A program made the position numbers and the translations under genes. A stretch of DNA of 46,839 bases, from positions 1-46,839 of the forward strand of contig BTUM01000064.1 in NCBI GenBank assembly GCA_045863235.1. Reading direction: 5' to 3'. The DNA is from Candidatus Xenobia bacterium (GTDB lineage Bacteria > Vulcanimicrobiota > Xenobia > Xenobiales > QWHO01). Positions 46,751 to 46,839 of the stretch are shown one piece after another. The notes beneath the pieces were generated by a model. It worked only from the letters and a program-made list of their open reading frames with translations, did no database searches and was not told where the DNA came from. The first letter of the stretch is position 1. Every line of letters starts with the position of its first letter.

Positions 46751-46839
46751 ACCCCTCTCGCAAGCCGGTCCTGTCTTGCGTCACGGCACGGGCACTCCAT
46801 TGAAGAGCACGGAGCCCGGGGGCGAGTTGAGCTTGATCA

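Overview
GC-rich bacterial chromosomal window made mostly of housekeeping genes. No rRNA, tRNA, transposase, integrase or CRISPR-cas genes were recognised. Gene order: a truncated low-complexity protein, a PilC/GspF-family gene, a GT4 glycosyltransferase, PPi-type phosphofructokinase, enoyl-CoA hydratase, carboxyl-transferase beta subunit, MBL hydrolase, ferredoxin and a MerR-HTH/Crp fusion regulator. Next come a 6-copy ~62-bp double-hairpin tandem array, an XRE-HTH + DUF559/Vsr-like nuclease gene, rtcA-DUF2071-DUF420, and a caa3-type cytochrome c oxidase operon (ctaA-ctaB fusion, subunits II/I/III, IV-cytochrome c fusion, cytochrome c, ctaG, SCO) with a Rex/CRP-like palindrome over its promoter. 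Then TrmH, an orphan B12-radical-SAM RiPP-type methyltransferase, a second 3-copy array of the same repeat, aat, an N-terminally extended adenylate kinase, a frameshifted clostripain and a Gly-zipper/RTX-curlin-like repeat protein. The window ends with tsaE-tsaB-ABM-rimI-tsaD, trmJ, a 2978-aa coiled-coil protein and a UDG-like protein. The best candidate for an undescribed system is the HTH-nuclease gene with its repeat array plus the dispersed nuclease-free copy of that array. All calls come from motif recognition by eye; no database searches were run, and several start codons are my estimates.
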